Virus record (IMG/VR): IMGVR_UViG_3300034072_000926
Coordinates: 310,001-374,000 of that record
Strand: one strand, 5' to 3'
DNA length: 64,000 nt
The translations under genes were made by a program, and so were the position numbers. Under the pieces are notes generated by a model. The model was not told where the DNA came from, did no database searches, and worked only from the letters and a program-made list of their open reading frames with translations. Numbering within the stretch: the first letter of the stretch is position 1; each line of letters starts with the position of its first letter. This document shows, in pieces, positions 51,208 through 59,142 of the stretch.

Positions 51208-51267
51208 TTCTCGATCTCCAGTTTATTTCTGTTGTTCTCTTGATAACAGAAACAGGTGATATGTCAA
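51208..51267 (-). promoter_or_regulatory. Early promoter/RBS cassette with dyad around -10
   Basis: TTGAC-N17-TATCAA; arms tttctgtt/aacagaaa. Confidence 0.8.
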
Positions 51268-51279
51268 TGTCTATTTGAC

Positions 51280-51307
51280 AAAATAAAGCCGGGCAAGGCC
51301 CGGCTTT
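51280..51307 (-). terminator. Rho-independent terminator
   Basis: aaagccggg/cccggcttt stem followed by ATTTT on minus. Confidence 0.65.
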
Positions 51308-51323
51308 ACGCATGTTTAGAGCT

Positions 51324-51605
51324 TTAGTTGCAATGAGGAAGTGCAAAGCGCACAGTTTGGTAAGTGTGGTAGGGATAGAAGCAAGTTGCGTTAAAAATGC
51401 GCAAGTGAGTGAGATTCGGAATGTCGAGTGCTGCAATTGCTGCAATTGCAGCATTATTGTCGGTAAGCTTAGGAAGCTTATAGCTTTGGTATTGCTTGCA
51501 CTTGTCGGAAAAGATGCGATTGCTATACGAGCAATTGGGATATTTGAGAAACGGTGCAATTGCTTTGCGGATTTGCTTGATTGCTGCTGCGTTGCTGTTG
51601 CGCAT
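51324..51605 (-). CDS. Basic hypothetical protein
   Basis: Own cassette (GGAG RBS) and downstream terminator; AT-richer than neighbours. Confidence 0.65.
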   Translation of the reverse strand: MRNSNAAAIKQIRKAIAPFLKYPNCSYSNRIFSDKCKQYQSYKLPKLTDNNAAIAAIAALDIPNLTHLRIFNATCFYPYHTYQTVRFALPHCN

Positions 51606-51663
51606 TTTATTTCTCCGTTTGCTGTCTACTCACCTGTTTTAGCACAAACAGGTGAGCAATCAA
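51606..51663 (-). promoter_or_regulatory. Early promoter/RBS cassette with dyad around -10
   Basis: TTGAT-N17-TAAAAC; perfect 11-bp arms ctcacctgttt/aaacaggtgag, 6-nt loop. Confidence 0.85.
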
Positions 51664-51689
51664 CCAGTTTTTCACCTGGATGGAGATTA

Positions 51690-51900
51690 AATTGAAACAA
51701 CAATGGCTTCACATTTCTGTGAAGCCATTGGGCTAGAGTGCCAATTTTGCGACCTAGGAGGCTGCCATATAGGCGCCATTCCTACCCGCCTCGCCGTTTT
51801 ATCTACTCTCATATCAGGTTTCTAAATCAACGATTACAGCTTACGCACTCTTACCTCCTCTTTGTTGTTGATCCGCGTTATTGCGTTTGTGTCTACACCC
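51690..51900 (-). ncRNA. Candidate small RNA or minigene transcript (empty cassette)
   Basis: Promoter at 51904-51931, GAGGAGG RBS followed only by GTG-CGT-AAG-CTG-TAA, terminal 12-bp hairpin. Confidence 0.35.
51701..51730 (-). terminator. Hairpin, probable terminator
   Basis: Perfect caatggcttcac/gtgaagccattg then TTGTTTC on minus. Confidence 0.65.
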
Positions 51901-51931
51901 TGGACAATAAAGGTTTAGCCCAGGGTGTCAA
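51852..51931 (-). promoter_or_regulatory. Early promoter/RBS cassette with dyad around -10
   Basis: TTGAC-N17-TATTGT; arms acaccctgg/ccagggtgt. Confidence 0.8.
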
Positions 51932-51935
51932 CCAC

Positions 51936-52280
51936 TTAATTTGCCGTCTGTGAGAAAAATCGCAGGGTGCGCTGGAACTGGTCAGCCCAGTCCTTGTGGA
52001 CGACCAGTTCCTTGCGGAGAACCAGCACCAGCGTTTCCTGATCCTGCAAGCGGCGGATCCATGTGCGCGGGATACGAGCACCTGCCTGCGTCTTGCCGAT
52101 CATCTTCTTGATCAGGTCGTAGGTGTCGATGGCGGTCTGACGGAGTTCCTGGCTTTCCAGGCCGTTGTCCTTGACCATCTTGCCATCCTCGACCTTATAG
52201 TGGGGATAGTTTGCAACGACCGCAAAGCACATCTTGGCCTGGTTCAGCATGTAGGGAACGTAGGTGCCTTCGAACTGCAT
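51936..52280 (-). CDS. Hypothetical protein
   Basis: Start moved to ATG 52280 after GGAGATCG. Confidence 0.75.
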   Translation of the reverse strand: MQFEGTYVPYMLNQAKMCFAVVANYPHYKVEDGKMVKDNGLESQELRQTAIDTYDLIKKMIGKTQAGARIPRTWIRRLQDQETLVLVLRKELVVHKDWADQFQRTLRFFSQTAN

Positions 52281-52340
52281 TTTCGATCTCCGTATTGTGT
52301 TCCGATGTTCTGATCTTACACTCTGGTGAGATAATGTCAA
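52281..52340 (-). promoter_or_regulatory. Early promoter/RBS cassette with dyad
   Basis: TTGAC-N17-TAAGAT; arms atcttac/gtgagat. Confidence 0.8.
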
Positions 52341-52672
52341 CCAGAGTTACGACAGAAAGCGGGAAGTTTTTCCTTCAGCAGGTCGACCAGGACAGGGTCC
52401 ATGCGCTCATATTCATCAGGAACCCCGAGAACGACCTGTCGCTTGCCGTGCAGGGCCCTCTTCAAAGCCCGGCGACCGGTTGCAGTGTTGCGATGGTGCG
52501 TTTCCATGAACACTACCACGTCTGCCCATTCGACCAGATCAGGGGAAAGAACGACCACTGCATCGAGATCAGTGCCTGCACTTTTCGTTTCCACTTTTTC
52601 GGAGCGGAAAACCTCTTCACCAGTCTTGCTGCGAAGCTTGTTCTGGCTGCATACAAAGAGAAGTTTGGTCAT
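52337..52672 (-). CDS. Low-molecular-weight protein-tyrosine-phosphatase-like protein
   Basis: LLFVCSQNKLRS (CX5R P-loop), SAGT, ADVVVFME, VPDEY. Confidence 0.88.
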   Translation of the reverse strand: MTKLLFVCSQNKLRSKTGEEVFRSEKVETKSAGTDLDAVVVLSPDLVEWADVVVFMETHHRNTATGRRALKRALHGKRQVVLGVPDEYERMDPVLVDLLKEKLPAFCRNSG

Positions 52673-52730
52673 ACTTGCCTCCTGTTTTGTTCCGATAATC
52701 CTGGATTAGCAGAAACAGGAAAGGAGTCAA
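52673..52730 (-). promoter_or_regulatory. Early promoter/RBS cassette with dyad around -10
   Basis: TTGAC-N17-TAATCC; arms tcctgttt/aaacagga (overlap RBS). Confidence 0.8.
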
Positions 52731-52800
52731 CCAGTTTTCAGAAAAAGAAAGCTTCCCATTTTCACGAGAAGCTTTCTTTGACTTGAAAGGATCGTTGCCG

Positions 52801-53088
52801 TTAATCCTCCCGATGATACTTCCGGGTGAGGGCAATTGCAGCATCCAGATCGAGAACCTTTCCGACTTCCCAGCCCTCGATCGTGCCCTTGGAGAGGACG
52901 ACCTTCCGGTCAGGGGTAAAGTCGATATGGATGACCGGAGCGGTCATGTTGTAAATTTCAACATGACGGGCAATGCTGCCCTTGTCGAAATAGCTGCGGA
53001 GCATGAAGCGCATCGCTGCCGGGACAGTCTTGAACGAGCGATCCGAATAATCGCCGTAGGGGCTATTGGGTGCGGTCAGAATCTGCAT
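52801..53088 (-). CDS. Hypothetical protein
   Basis: GAGGAGATCG RBS. Confidence 0.75.
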   Translation of the reverse strand: MQILTAPNSPYGDYSDRSFKTVPAAMRFMLRSYFDKGSIARHVEIYNMTAPVIHIDFTPDRKVVLSKGTIEGWEVGKVLDLDAAIALTRKYHRED

Positions 53089-53105
53089 GTTTCGATCTCC
53101 TCTTT

Positions 53106-53219
53106 ACAGCGCATAATTGACTACCGAGAACCACGTGGACCCTAACCGAACGCATTGTCCAGTTCGTCTGCTTTACTCCGGACTCTAACCGGGCGTCTCG
53201 GTAGTCAACTATGCGCTGT
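53106..53219 (-). ncRNA. Structured 5' leader or small RNA closed by a 24-bp stem
   Basis: Arms 53106-53129 and 53196-53219 pair 23/24; the single mismatch is G-U on the transcribed strand; internal 12-nt direct repeat. Confidence 0.6.
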
Positions 53220-53222
53220 CTA

Positions 53223-53257
53223 CTCACCTGTTTTAGCACAAACAGGCGAGCAGTCAA
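53223..53257 (-). promoter_or_regulatory. Early promoter with dyad around -10
   Basis: TTGAC-N17-TAAAAC; arms ctcacctgttt/aaacaggcgag; near-identical to 51621-51670. Confidence 0.85.
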
Positions 53258-53269
53258 CCAGTTTTTGGA

Positions 53270-53974
53270 TTATTTCTCACCTGATTTTTCAGGTGACTTC
53301 CTTGGGTATTTGGCCAGCATCGCTTTCTGGAGGGCTTTGTGATGTTCCTGTCCAGCAAAGTCAGAATATTTGAAGGAAGCCTTATAGGCAACGCGATCCT
53401 CTTCGCTCATGCTTTCAAGCCAATCCTTGTAAACTTGAGCAGACTGAGCACGCAGGAATTGCTGATCCACAATTTCCTGCATCCACGCGGGGAGTTTGAC
53501 CTCAGGTGCTTTGTCCACATAAGTCTCGTAGATCTCCATCAGAACTGCACGACTGACATCCTTGTCGGAAATTCCACGCCAAATCTCGTATATGGATTTC
53601 TTGGCTGCATCACGGGCTGCACGTCTATCCTCTGGCGTGCTGTAACGCTCAGCAATAGACTTCATATCATGTTCTATAACGCAGATGCGTCGCAGGTCTT
53701 GGCCACCCTTAGAGGGCAGCGACGGGCGTCTGAGATGTGCTGGATTCTGACAGGCTTCTGTCTCGGTAAACGGGATGAAACTGTAGAGGCTTCCATCCAA
53801 ACGTGTGGCGAAAACAGTGTTCATACCATAATGATAGAACCTGCTACCAGGCTTGGTATGGTTTCGGAAAACCTCCTTCAAGGATTCCGGCTGAGCTTCC
53901 CATGAGGGCGGGGGACCACCGGGCTTGCCCGAGTCCCCACCCAATGCTTCGAAGAGTTTCTGTGCGCTTTCCAT
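53270..53974 (-). CDS. Hypothetical protein
   Basis: 234-aa ORF; 9-bp inverted repeat (53975-54005) directly upstream of the ATG. Confidence 0.7.
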   Translation of the reverse strand: MESAQKLFEALGGDSGKPGGPPPSWEAQPESLKEVFRNHTKPGSRFYHYGMNTVFATRLDGSLYSFIPFTETEACQNPAHLRRPSLPSKGGQDLRRICVIEHDMKSIAERYSTPEDRRAARDAAKKSIYEIWRGISDKDVSRAVLMEIYETYVDKAPEVKLPAWMQEIVDQQFLRAQSAQVYKDWLESMSEEDRVAYKASFKYSDFAGQEHHKALQKAMLAKYPRKSPEKSGEK

Positions 53975-54010
53975 AAACGTGGCTTAGCGACTTCTTGCCA
54001 CGTTTGCAAC

Positions 54011-54352
54011 TTACTTTGCGATAAGCTGGCAAGTCGGTTCGAGCATCAGCAGCGCGTCGGTCGGAGTTTCGACCATTGCCTTTGCCAGGGTGTAATTGTT
54101 CTTCTGCACCATGAACATCTGCTTCTTATAGTGGATGATCACCACCTTCTGACCGTTGACGAATTCGCCTTTGCAATCCTTGCTCACAAGGGTCTGCGGA
54201 CCATTCTTGCCGACCAGCGTGACCATGCCGAACTTGTAATCGATGATCGTAGCGTCCACTGCCCTTGCATCAGAAACTTTTGCTTCAGCGGCCTTGACAA
54301 CCGAGGGAGTGATCAGTGCGAGGGTTGCAATTGCGAGAGCCAGCTTCTTCAT
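54011..54352 (-). CDS. Exported protein with signal peptide
   Basis: MKKLALAIATLALITPSVVKA/AE; own cassette. Confidence 0.8.
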   Translation of the reverse strand: MKKLALAIATLALITPSVVKAAEAKVSDARAVDATIIDYKFGMVTLVGKNGPQTLVSKDCKGEFVNGQKVVIIHYKKQMFMVQKNNYTLAKAMVETPTDALLMLEPTCQLIAK

Positions 54353-54416
54353 TGTGTTCGATCTCCGTAGTGCGTTTGTCTTGTTCCCACACTAACAGGA
54401 TAGGTGAACATGTCAA
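54353..54416 (-). promoter_or_regulatory. Early promoter/RBS cassette
   Basis: TTGAC-N17-TAGTGT; arms tgttc/gaaca; GGAGATCG. Confidence 0.8.
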
Positions 54417-54643
54417 CCCTCTTTATCACCTGTTTGATATCTTTTCAGTTCGAACTCTAGGAGACGTCGTTGTTCCTCTAGACGTTCCGCATGGGTCCGA
54501 GTATCTGGTTCGTAGTCGGCCATCATGTCCCATTCATCAAGATAGCCTGGTCCATGGAACTCTCTATGGGTGAGCTGATGATAGACAATCAGCACGATAG
54601 CTATGAACAGGATACCGCCTAGGATGGATGCGACTATCTCCAC
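54413..54643 (-). CDS. Single-TM membrane protein
   Basis: N-terminal hydrophobic helix; GAGGA upstream of GTG. Confidence 0.65.
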   Translation of the reverse strand: MEIVASILGGILFIAIVLIVYHQLTHREFHGPGYLDEWDMMADYEPDTRTHAERLEEQRRLLEFELKRYQTGDKEG

Positions 54644-54801
54644 GAATGATCCTCTATATTAAAAGCTACTTTGCTTGTAACTAATTGGAATTATACAGAT
54701 ATGCAGGTTGTCTAGATGTACCCGCCCAGCGGGTATACCCAGATAACATGAATTTCGGAATATTTCAAATAAGAAACAAACCAAAGGCGCACGTTCTTCC
54801 C

Positions 54802-55344
54802 TCAGGACGGAAGAACGTACGAGAGAGGTAGGAGGAAATGCGGCGTCGGATCGAGCAAGGAAGCCGGTTTCTCGTCCAGCCATTCACTCGTCTGCCTCGT
54901 CCCATGCTCGTGCAATTCCAAATGTAGCATGGACATAGGGCGACCCTTATCCTTCTTCAACACTTGAATCACGTAGCCCAGCAGGTCGCCTGCTTTGACC
55001 TCATATCCGGGTTCTCGAATGCTTGTGATTTCCCCGTAGACGACCACTCCCGAGGCTCCCTCAACGAGTAGTGCCTCGGTATCCATCCACCATGGACTAG
55101 GTGGTGTGGCTTCTGTGCCGGTGAACTTTTCCAAGGCGACCACAATCCCATCCTCGACGGCACGAACAGGTGTGCCCTCAGGAACATAAAGGTCAATACC
55201 CTCATGTATGTGGTTCTTCCGCTTCACTCCGAAGGCTCCGGGATGGCTTCCGACAGGAAGACCCACTTCGTCTTCCTCCTCAAAGTTAAAGGAGTTTGGA
55301 TCCTCAGTTGGGACTATGCGATAGGGGAGAGGATTGCGCCACAT
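54802..55344 (-). CDS. Peptidase M23 family protein
   Basis: HEGIDLYVPEGTPVRAVEDG...GDLLG...LHLELH (HxxxD and HxE/HxH-like Zn motifs). Confidence 0.9.
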   Translation of the reverse strand: MWRNPLPYRIVPTEDPNSFNFEEEDEVGLPVGSHPGAFGVKRKNHIHEGIDLYVPEGTPVRAVEDGIVVALEKFTGTEATPPSPWWMDTEALLVEGASGVVVYGEITSIREPGYEVKAGDLLGYVIQVLKKDKGRPMSMLHLELHEHGTRQTSEWLDEKPASLLDPTPHFLLPLSYVLPS

Positions 55345-55364
55345 GCCCGCAATATAAGGCAGGC

Positions 55365-55727
55365 TTAGAAGAAATCAACCGATGGCGTGCGGTATTGCAT
55401 CACATAATATTTGTGGTCGAAGAACAGGCTGGTCATAAGGGGCGAGGCAAACTGCGGAATCCCACCAATGCTACGCTCTGCCCAACCCCGTCGCCGGTAG
55501 AGATTGGCAAGATCCTTATTGAGGACTTGCTCGGCGATGAATGGGATTGTGGCTTCATACTTCTTAAGGAAACGCCAATAACCCAGCCCCTTGTCAGCGG
55601 TCGCAGAGCAGTTGGCCAGCTCTATCACGCCAGGATATATGAACGATTTCCTGACGTAATAGGAGAGACCCGGTTCCTCAATGTAGAGGTTAGTCTCGTT
55701 GCTGTCGATGAATTCAAGAAGGTTCAA
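55365..55727 (-). CDS. Hypothetical protein, possibly GNAT-like
   Basis: TTG start after AGGAGATCG; E.VLN..L..LYRRRGW weakly GNAT-like. Confidence 0.6.
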   Translation of the reverse strand: MNLLEFIDSNETNLYIEEPGLSYYVRKSFIYPGVIELANCSATADKGLGYWRFLKKYEATIPFIAEQVLNKDLANLYRRRGWAERSIGGIPQFASPLMTSLFFDHKYYVMQYRTPSVDFF

Positions 55728-55775
55728 GTCGATCTCCTGTTTGTTCGACACTAACAGGATTCTCGACCCTTTCAA
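55728..55775 (-). promoter_or_regulatory. Early promoter/RBS cassette with dyad
   Basis: TTGAA-N17-TAGTGT; arms cctgtt/aacagg. Confidence 0.7.
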
Positions 55776-55776
55776 C

Positions 55777-56652
55777 CTAATTCTTGAGCTTCTCCATCAT
55801 AAGCTTTTGACTCAGGATTTCGTTCTTGTCGAATTTCATCAGCGCACGATTGACGCGATTGTTCTTTGTCTGACCAATGCTGTATTCGCCCTGCAGGCTA
55901 ACCTCACGACCCTCGACAATCAGCTTGCCCACAATATATCCAGACGCAGAGACACGAAGCAATTTAGCGATGATGAGTTCGTCCCTACGACTGTAGATGA
56001 ACAGATCACCTGCTGCCAGTTTGTTGCCGAACATGTCGATGGGTGTGTAGGCCATCTCACTCAGCTTGGCTTTCTTTTCCGCAGCTTTATCGGCGGCAGA
56101 TTTGCTGGTTGCCCGATTGAACACGAACACAGTTGGCCCAGTATAATCGGGAAGGATTTCCATATAGCCAACATCGTCATAGTTGGCCTTGACTGAATTG
56201 CGACCATCAAAGTCGAAATAAGGCAGATCGCTGCTACGTTCGATTTCGATCAATTCCTTAAAACCCACACAGATTTGGGTCATCCGTGACCCAAAAAGGC
56301 TATCAGTCCTGCGATAAGCCTTAGCGATCAGATTAGGTCGAGAGGGATCCGAATAGGTCGAAAGCACCTGGATGCTGAAACCGCCACGGGTCTCGTCATC
56401 GGAAACTTGCTTATCCGAGACGGTCTTTAGCTTTACTCGACCAGGATTGAGACGCGCAATCGAACCGGCACGGGCGCCGGTAGTGATCTTCACATAGATC
56501 TGGTTGCCCGCATGGTAGAGAGCAACCAGTTTATTCATTGCCTCAATAGCAGGCAAATAGTCATGGAGGGCTTGCTTGTAACATTGATCCAGAGAATTTC
56601 CATTGTGGAAATGAAAAATATTCTTAAGATCAGCAAACCGAATCGACATCAA
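55777..56652 (-). CDS. Hypothetical protein
   Basis: 291 aa; ATGA-type coupling to the upstream gene. Confidence 0.7.
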   Translation of the reverse strand: MMSIRFADLKNIFHFHNGNSLDQCYKQALHDYLPAIEAMNKLVALYHAGNQIYVKITTGARAGSIARLNPGRVKLKTVSDKQVSDDETRGGFSIQVLSTYSDPSRPNLIAKAYRRTDSLFGSRMTQICVGFKELIEIERSSDLPYFDFDGRNSVKANYDDVGYMEILPDYTGPTVFVFNRATSKSAADKAAEKKAKLSEMAYTPIDMFGNKLAAGDLFIYSRRDELIIAKLLRVSASGYIVGKLIVEGREVSLQGEYSIGQTKNNRVNRALMKFDKNEILSQKLMMEKLKN

Positions 56653-57350
56653 TCTTCGTCCTCATCATAACCGTTGTCGTTGCCGCCCTCATAATAGAGG
56701 TATGCGCGCATTTCTTCAAGACATTCCTGCAGGGTGCCAGTCAAGCGAGCAGTAGCGGTGCGCCAGGGCTTGCAGGAGTAGGAATCGAAGATGGTCCAGC
56801 GATCCTCGGAAATATATGCGAGGTTCCAGTTATAGGATTCACCGCATCCGCGATCGAAGATGTCGAAGACCTTGCAATCGTGCAGGTCGATTTCCTCATC
56901 CTTGCTCAGCTTGATCTTCGTGCCGGGCTTGAACTGGCCGCTCTTGATCACATCGATGATTTCGAGGATTTTCTCAGCTTGAACCTTGAGTTCAGCCTCA
57001 CCCCAGCGATAGTCGGACCAGACCGTCATCACGTATTGGTTGGTGTCAGACCACTGGCTGCCGTTGTGGCGCAGACCAGTCTTGTGCCAGTCGCCCTTCC
57101 AGGACTTTTCCTGGAGCCAGTTATATCCACGAGTGTTCTCGCCGGAAGCGATACGGGCAACCAGGGCGCTCTCGAGGGTCAACTCGGTGCGGCTCTCCAG
57201 TTCAATCTGAACCTTGCGATACTTTGCCAGGGCTGCATTACGCTTCTGGATTGCTGCCTCAGCAACCTTGATGGTTGCCTCATATGCTGCCAAGAGCTTT
57301 GCGCTCGAGGCTTCCAACTCTTCAGTTGTAATGGTCTTGAGGTTCTTCAT
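56649..57350 (-). CDS. Hypothetical protein with N-terminal coiled coil
   Basis: Own cassette; 233 aa. Confidence 0.8.
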   Translation of the reverse strand: MKNLKTITTEELEASSAKLLAAYEATIKVAEAAIQKRNAALAKYRKVQIELESRTELTLESALVARIASGENTRGYNWLQEKSWKGDWHKTGLRHNGSQWSDTNQYVMTVWSDYRWGEAELKVQAEKILEIIDVIKSGQFKPGTKIKLSKDEEIDLHDCKVFDIFDRGCGESYNWNLAYISEDRWTIFDSYSCKPWRTATARLTGTLQECLEEMRAYLYYEGGNDNGYDEDED

Positions 57351-57403
57351 GTCGATCTCCTGTTCTGTTGTCCTCTTGATAACAGGAAACAGGTGATTGT
57401 CAA
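57351..57403 (-). promoter_or_regulatory. Early promoter/RBS cassette with dyad
   Basis: TTGAC-N17-TATCAA; nested arms cctgtt+ctgtt/aacag+aacagg. Confidence 0.8.
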
Positions 57404-57417
57404 CACCTTATTCGAGG

Positions 57418-57627
57418 TTAATTGAAGTTCACTCCGACCGAGAAGGGAATGACCTTGAACATTGCGATGAAGCCGAAAACGGCGACGATGCAAATGCACC
57501 AGCAGATGATATGACCGGGCTTGCCGCGCCCGGTAAACATACGATCGACAATGGGCATGACAAAGGTCGCGAGAGCGATACACCCGATGATGGCCTGACA
57601 GAGGAGCCAACCAATAACTGCAAACAT
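57418..57627 (-). CDS. Small 2-TM membrane protein
   Basis: GGGAGATCG RBS; two hydrophobic segments. Confidence 0.75.
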   Translation of the reverse strand: MFAVIGWLLCQAIIGCIALATFVMPIVDRMFTGRGKPGHIICWCICIVAVFGFIAMFKVIPFSVGVNFN

Positions 57628-57639
57628 AGTCGATCTCCC

Positions 57640-57921
57640 TTAATCGTTGAAGATGATAATGCGGGGACCTTCAATGCCGCGCCCGAAGCCATCAACGGGG
57701 CGGAACTTCCAGCCCTGGATGTCACCGGTTTCGAACCGGCTCTCTTCGCGCATCAGTCCGTAGAAGCAATACTTCCGCGTCTCGCGTTCGCCGACCACTT
57801 CGAAGGTTTCGTAGTTGAGGAGGGGACCCATATTGATAAGGTGTCGCAGGTCCGACTCTTCGGCCGAGAGAACCTGGGTTTCTTTGTTCCAATGGAATGC
57901 TCGAACCGGAATCTGCTGCAT
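57640..57921 (-). CDS. Hypothetical protein
   Basis: GAGGAGATC RBS. Confidence 0.75.
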   Translation of the reverse strand: MQQIPVRAFHWNKETQVLSAEESDLRHLINMGPLLNYETFEVVGERETRKYCFYGLMREESRFETGDIQGWKFRPVDGFGRGIEGPRIIIFND

Positions 57922-57936
57922 CGTGATCTCCTCTGT

Positions 57937-58485
57937 TTACTCCACCAGTTTTAGCACCTTATTTCGGAGCGTCAACCAGAATCCATCCTGTTTTGGCGCG
58001 CGGTTGAGATATTCTCCAATTTCCTTCAGACGATCCTGGTCAGGGATAGGCCTCTCAACCTTCGTGAGATCGAAGCGAGTGCGGAAATGATCCTCGGTCT
58101 CCTCCCAAATCTCCCGGCCTTGCTTCAATTGCATCGCTCGGCTGATTGGGTTATTCTTTCGGAAGCCACTGCGGACTTCCTCGAAGTCCCATGACTTCCA
58201 AACCGATGTGCAGACTTCCCACAGAGCCCCGTAGATGCCCCTCCGACGCCACGCGGGTGCCGTGTAAGCCCCGACGATCGTAACGCGCTTGTCGTGGGCG
58301 ATAGGGGCATAGAAGACGCAACTGATCAGCTCATTGTCGAGGAAGAATGCTGCGTAATGATATTGTTCGCTGCGCGGCCATTTTGAGGACCGACCAACTC
58401 TGTCCAGTTCGGCCTTGTATTCATCCCAGACGCCAAGCATCTCAGGCTTTTTACGGATTTGTTGGGTTTGAAAGGTGAAGTCCAT
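57937..58485 (-). CDS. GNAT family N-acetyltransferase
   Basis: IVGAYTAPAWRRRGIYGAL (motif A, R/QxxGxG/A-like), N..SRAM. Confidence 0.75.
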   Translation of the reverse strand: MDFTFQTQQIRKKPEMLGVWDEYKAELDRVGRSSKWPRSEQYHYAAFFLDNELISCVFYAPIAHDKRVTIVGAYTAPAWRRRGIYGALWEVCTSVWKSWDFEEVRSGFRKNNPISRAMQLKQGREIWEETEDHFRTRFDLTKVERPIPDQDRLKEIGEYLNRAPKQDGFWLTLRNKVLKLVE

Positions 58486-58521
58486 AGCTACCCTATTAAG
58501 GCGACTATGGACTTGTGTCAA
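58486..58521 (-). promoter_or_regulatory. Sigma70-type promoter
   Basis: TTGAC-N17/18-T(T)AATA, short leader. Confidence 0.55.
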
Positions 58522-58524
58522 CAT

Positions 58525-59142
58525 TTAGAGAAAGGAAACGCTCACCTTTTTGTCCAAACCCGCAGCTTTCAGAGGAATTTCGAACAAGGATTGGATCGAC
58601 TGTCGGGCATTCTGTTCGGCTAGTCCACGTAGGTTTTCCGACTGTGACTTGAAGCTGGCTTGGATCTTGATCGTATTCGCCCTCATAAGCTCTGCACGGG
58701 TATCAGAGTTTACACTGAACAGCCACGAATTGTTATCGTAGGTCTCGTGGGTATTGGCCGGCATACGGTCGAGGATCATAAGATCACGTGGCAAAGTGAT
58801 TGAAAGACCCTGCTGATCACTCTTGACCATCCCAGCATTGACACGGCTCAGGTCAACGCGATACTGAATGTCGGCGGACACGATATCGGTTTGCTTTGCG
58901 TCCATTCCCATGCGCGAGACATCTGAGGTCGCAACACCGTTGAGCTTGCTCGTCATCACCAGCAATTGGTTCTGAGCTTGGATTGAGCTGATGCTCGTCC
59001 TGATCACAGTCTCGACATCTGGTCCTACAACCTTGGTCTTTGTGACGACCTTCTCCTCAGGAACTTTCATGCAACCTGAGAGTTGAAGCAACCCACAGAA
59101 GGTGACCGCTCCGAGTAGAGCAATCGTTGTGCGCTTGTTCAC
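58525..59142 (-). CDS. Lipoprotein-like/membrane-anchored protein, DUF4230-like
   Basis: GTG start after GAGGAG; signal with LSGC; ...YRVDLS...ITLP...AEQNARQSIQSLF pattern. Confidence 0.6.
   Translation of the reverse strand: MNKRTTIALLGAVTFCGLLQLSGCMKVPEEKVVTKTKVVGPDVETVIRTSISSIQAQNQLLVMTSKLNGVATSDVSRMGMDAKQTDIVSADIQYRVDLSRVNAGMVKSDQQGLSITLPRDLMILDRMPANTHETYDNNSWLFSVNSDTRAELMRANTIKIQASFKSQSENLRGLAEQNARQSIQSLFEIPLKAAGLDKKVSVSFL

Noticed and set aside
53106-53219. Retron msr-msd or IscB omegaRNA/HEARO (terminal inverted repeats, GTTGACTACC-like text)
   Set aside because: No reverse transcriptase, HNH/RuvC nuclease or transposase nearby, the element is far shorter than omegaRNA, and the similarity is only a few bases.
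54659-54883. 74-aa minus-strand ORF after the M23 gene
   Set aside because: Overlaps M23 out of frame, has no RBS, and runs through an AT-rich intergenic region with a small hairpin; more likely regulatory DNA.
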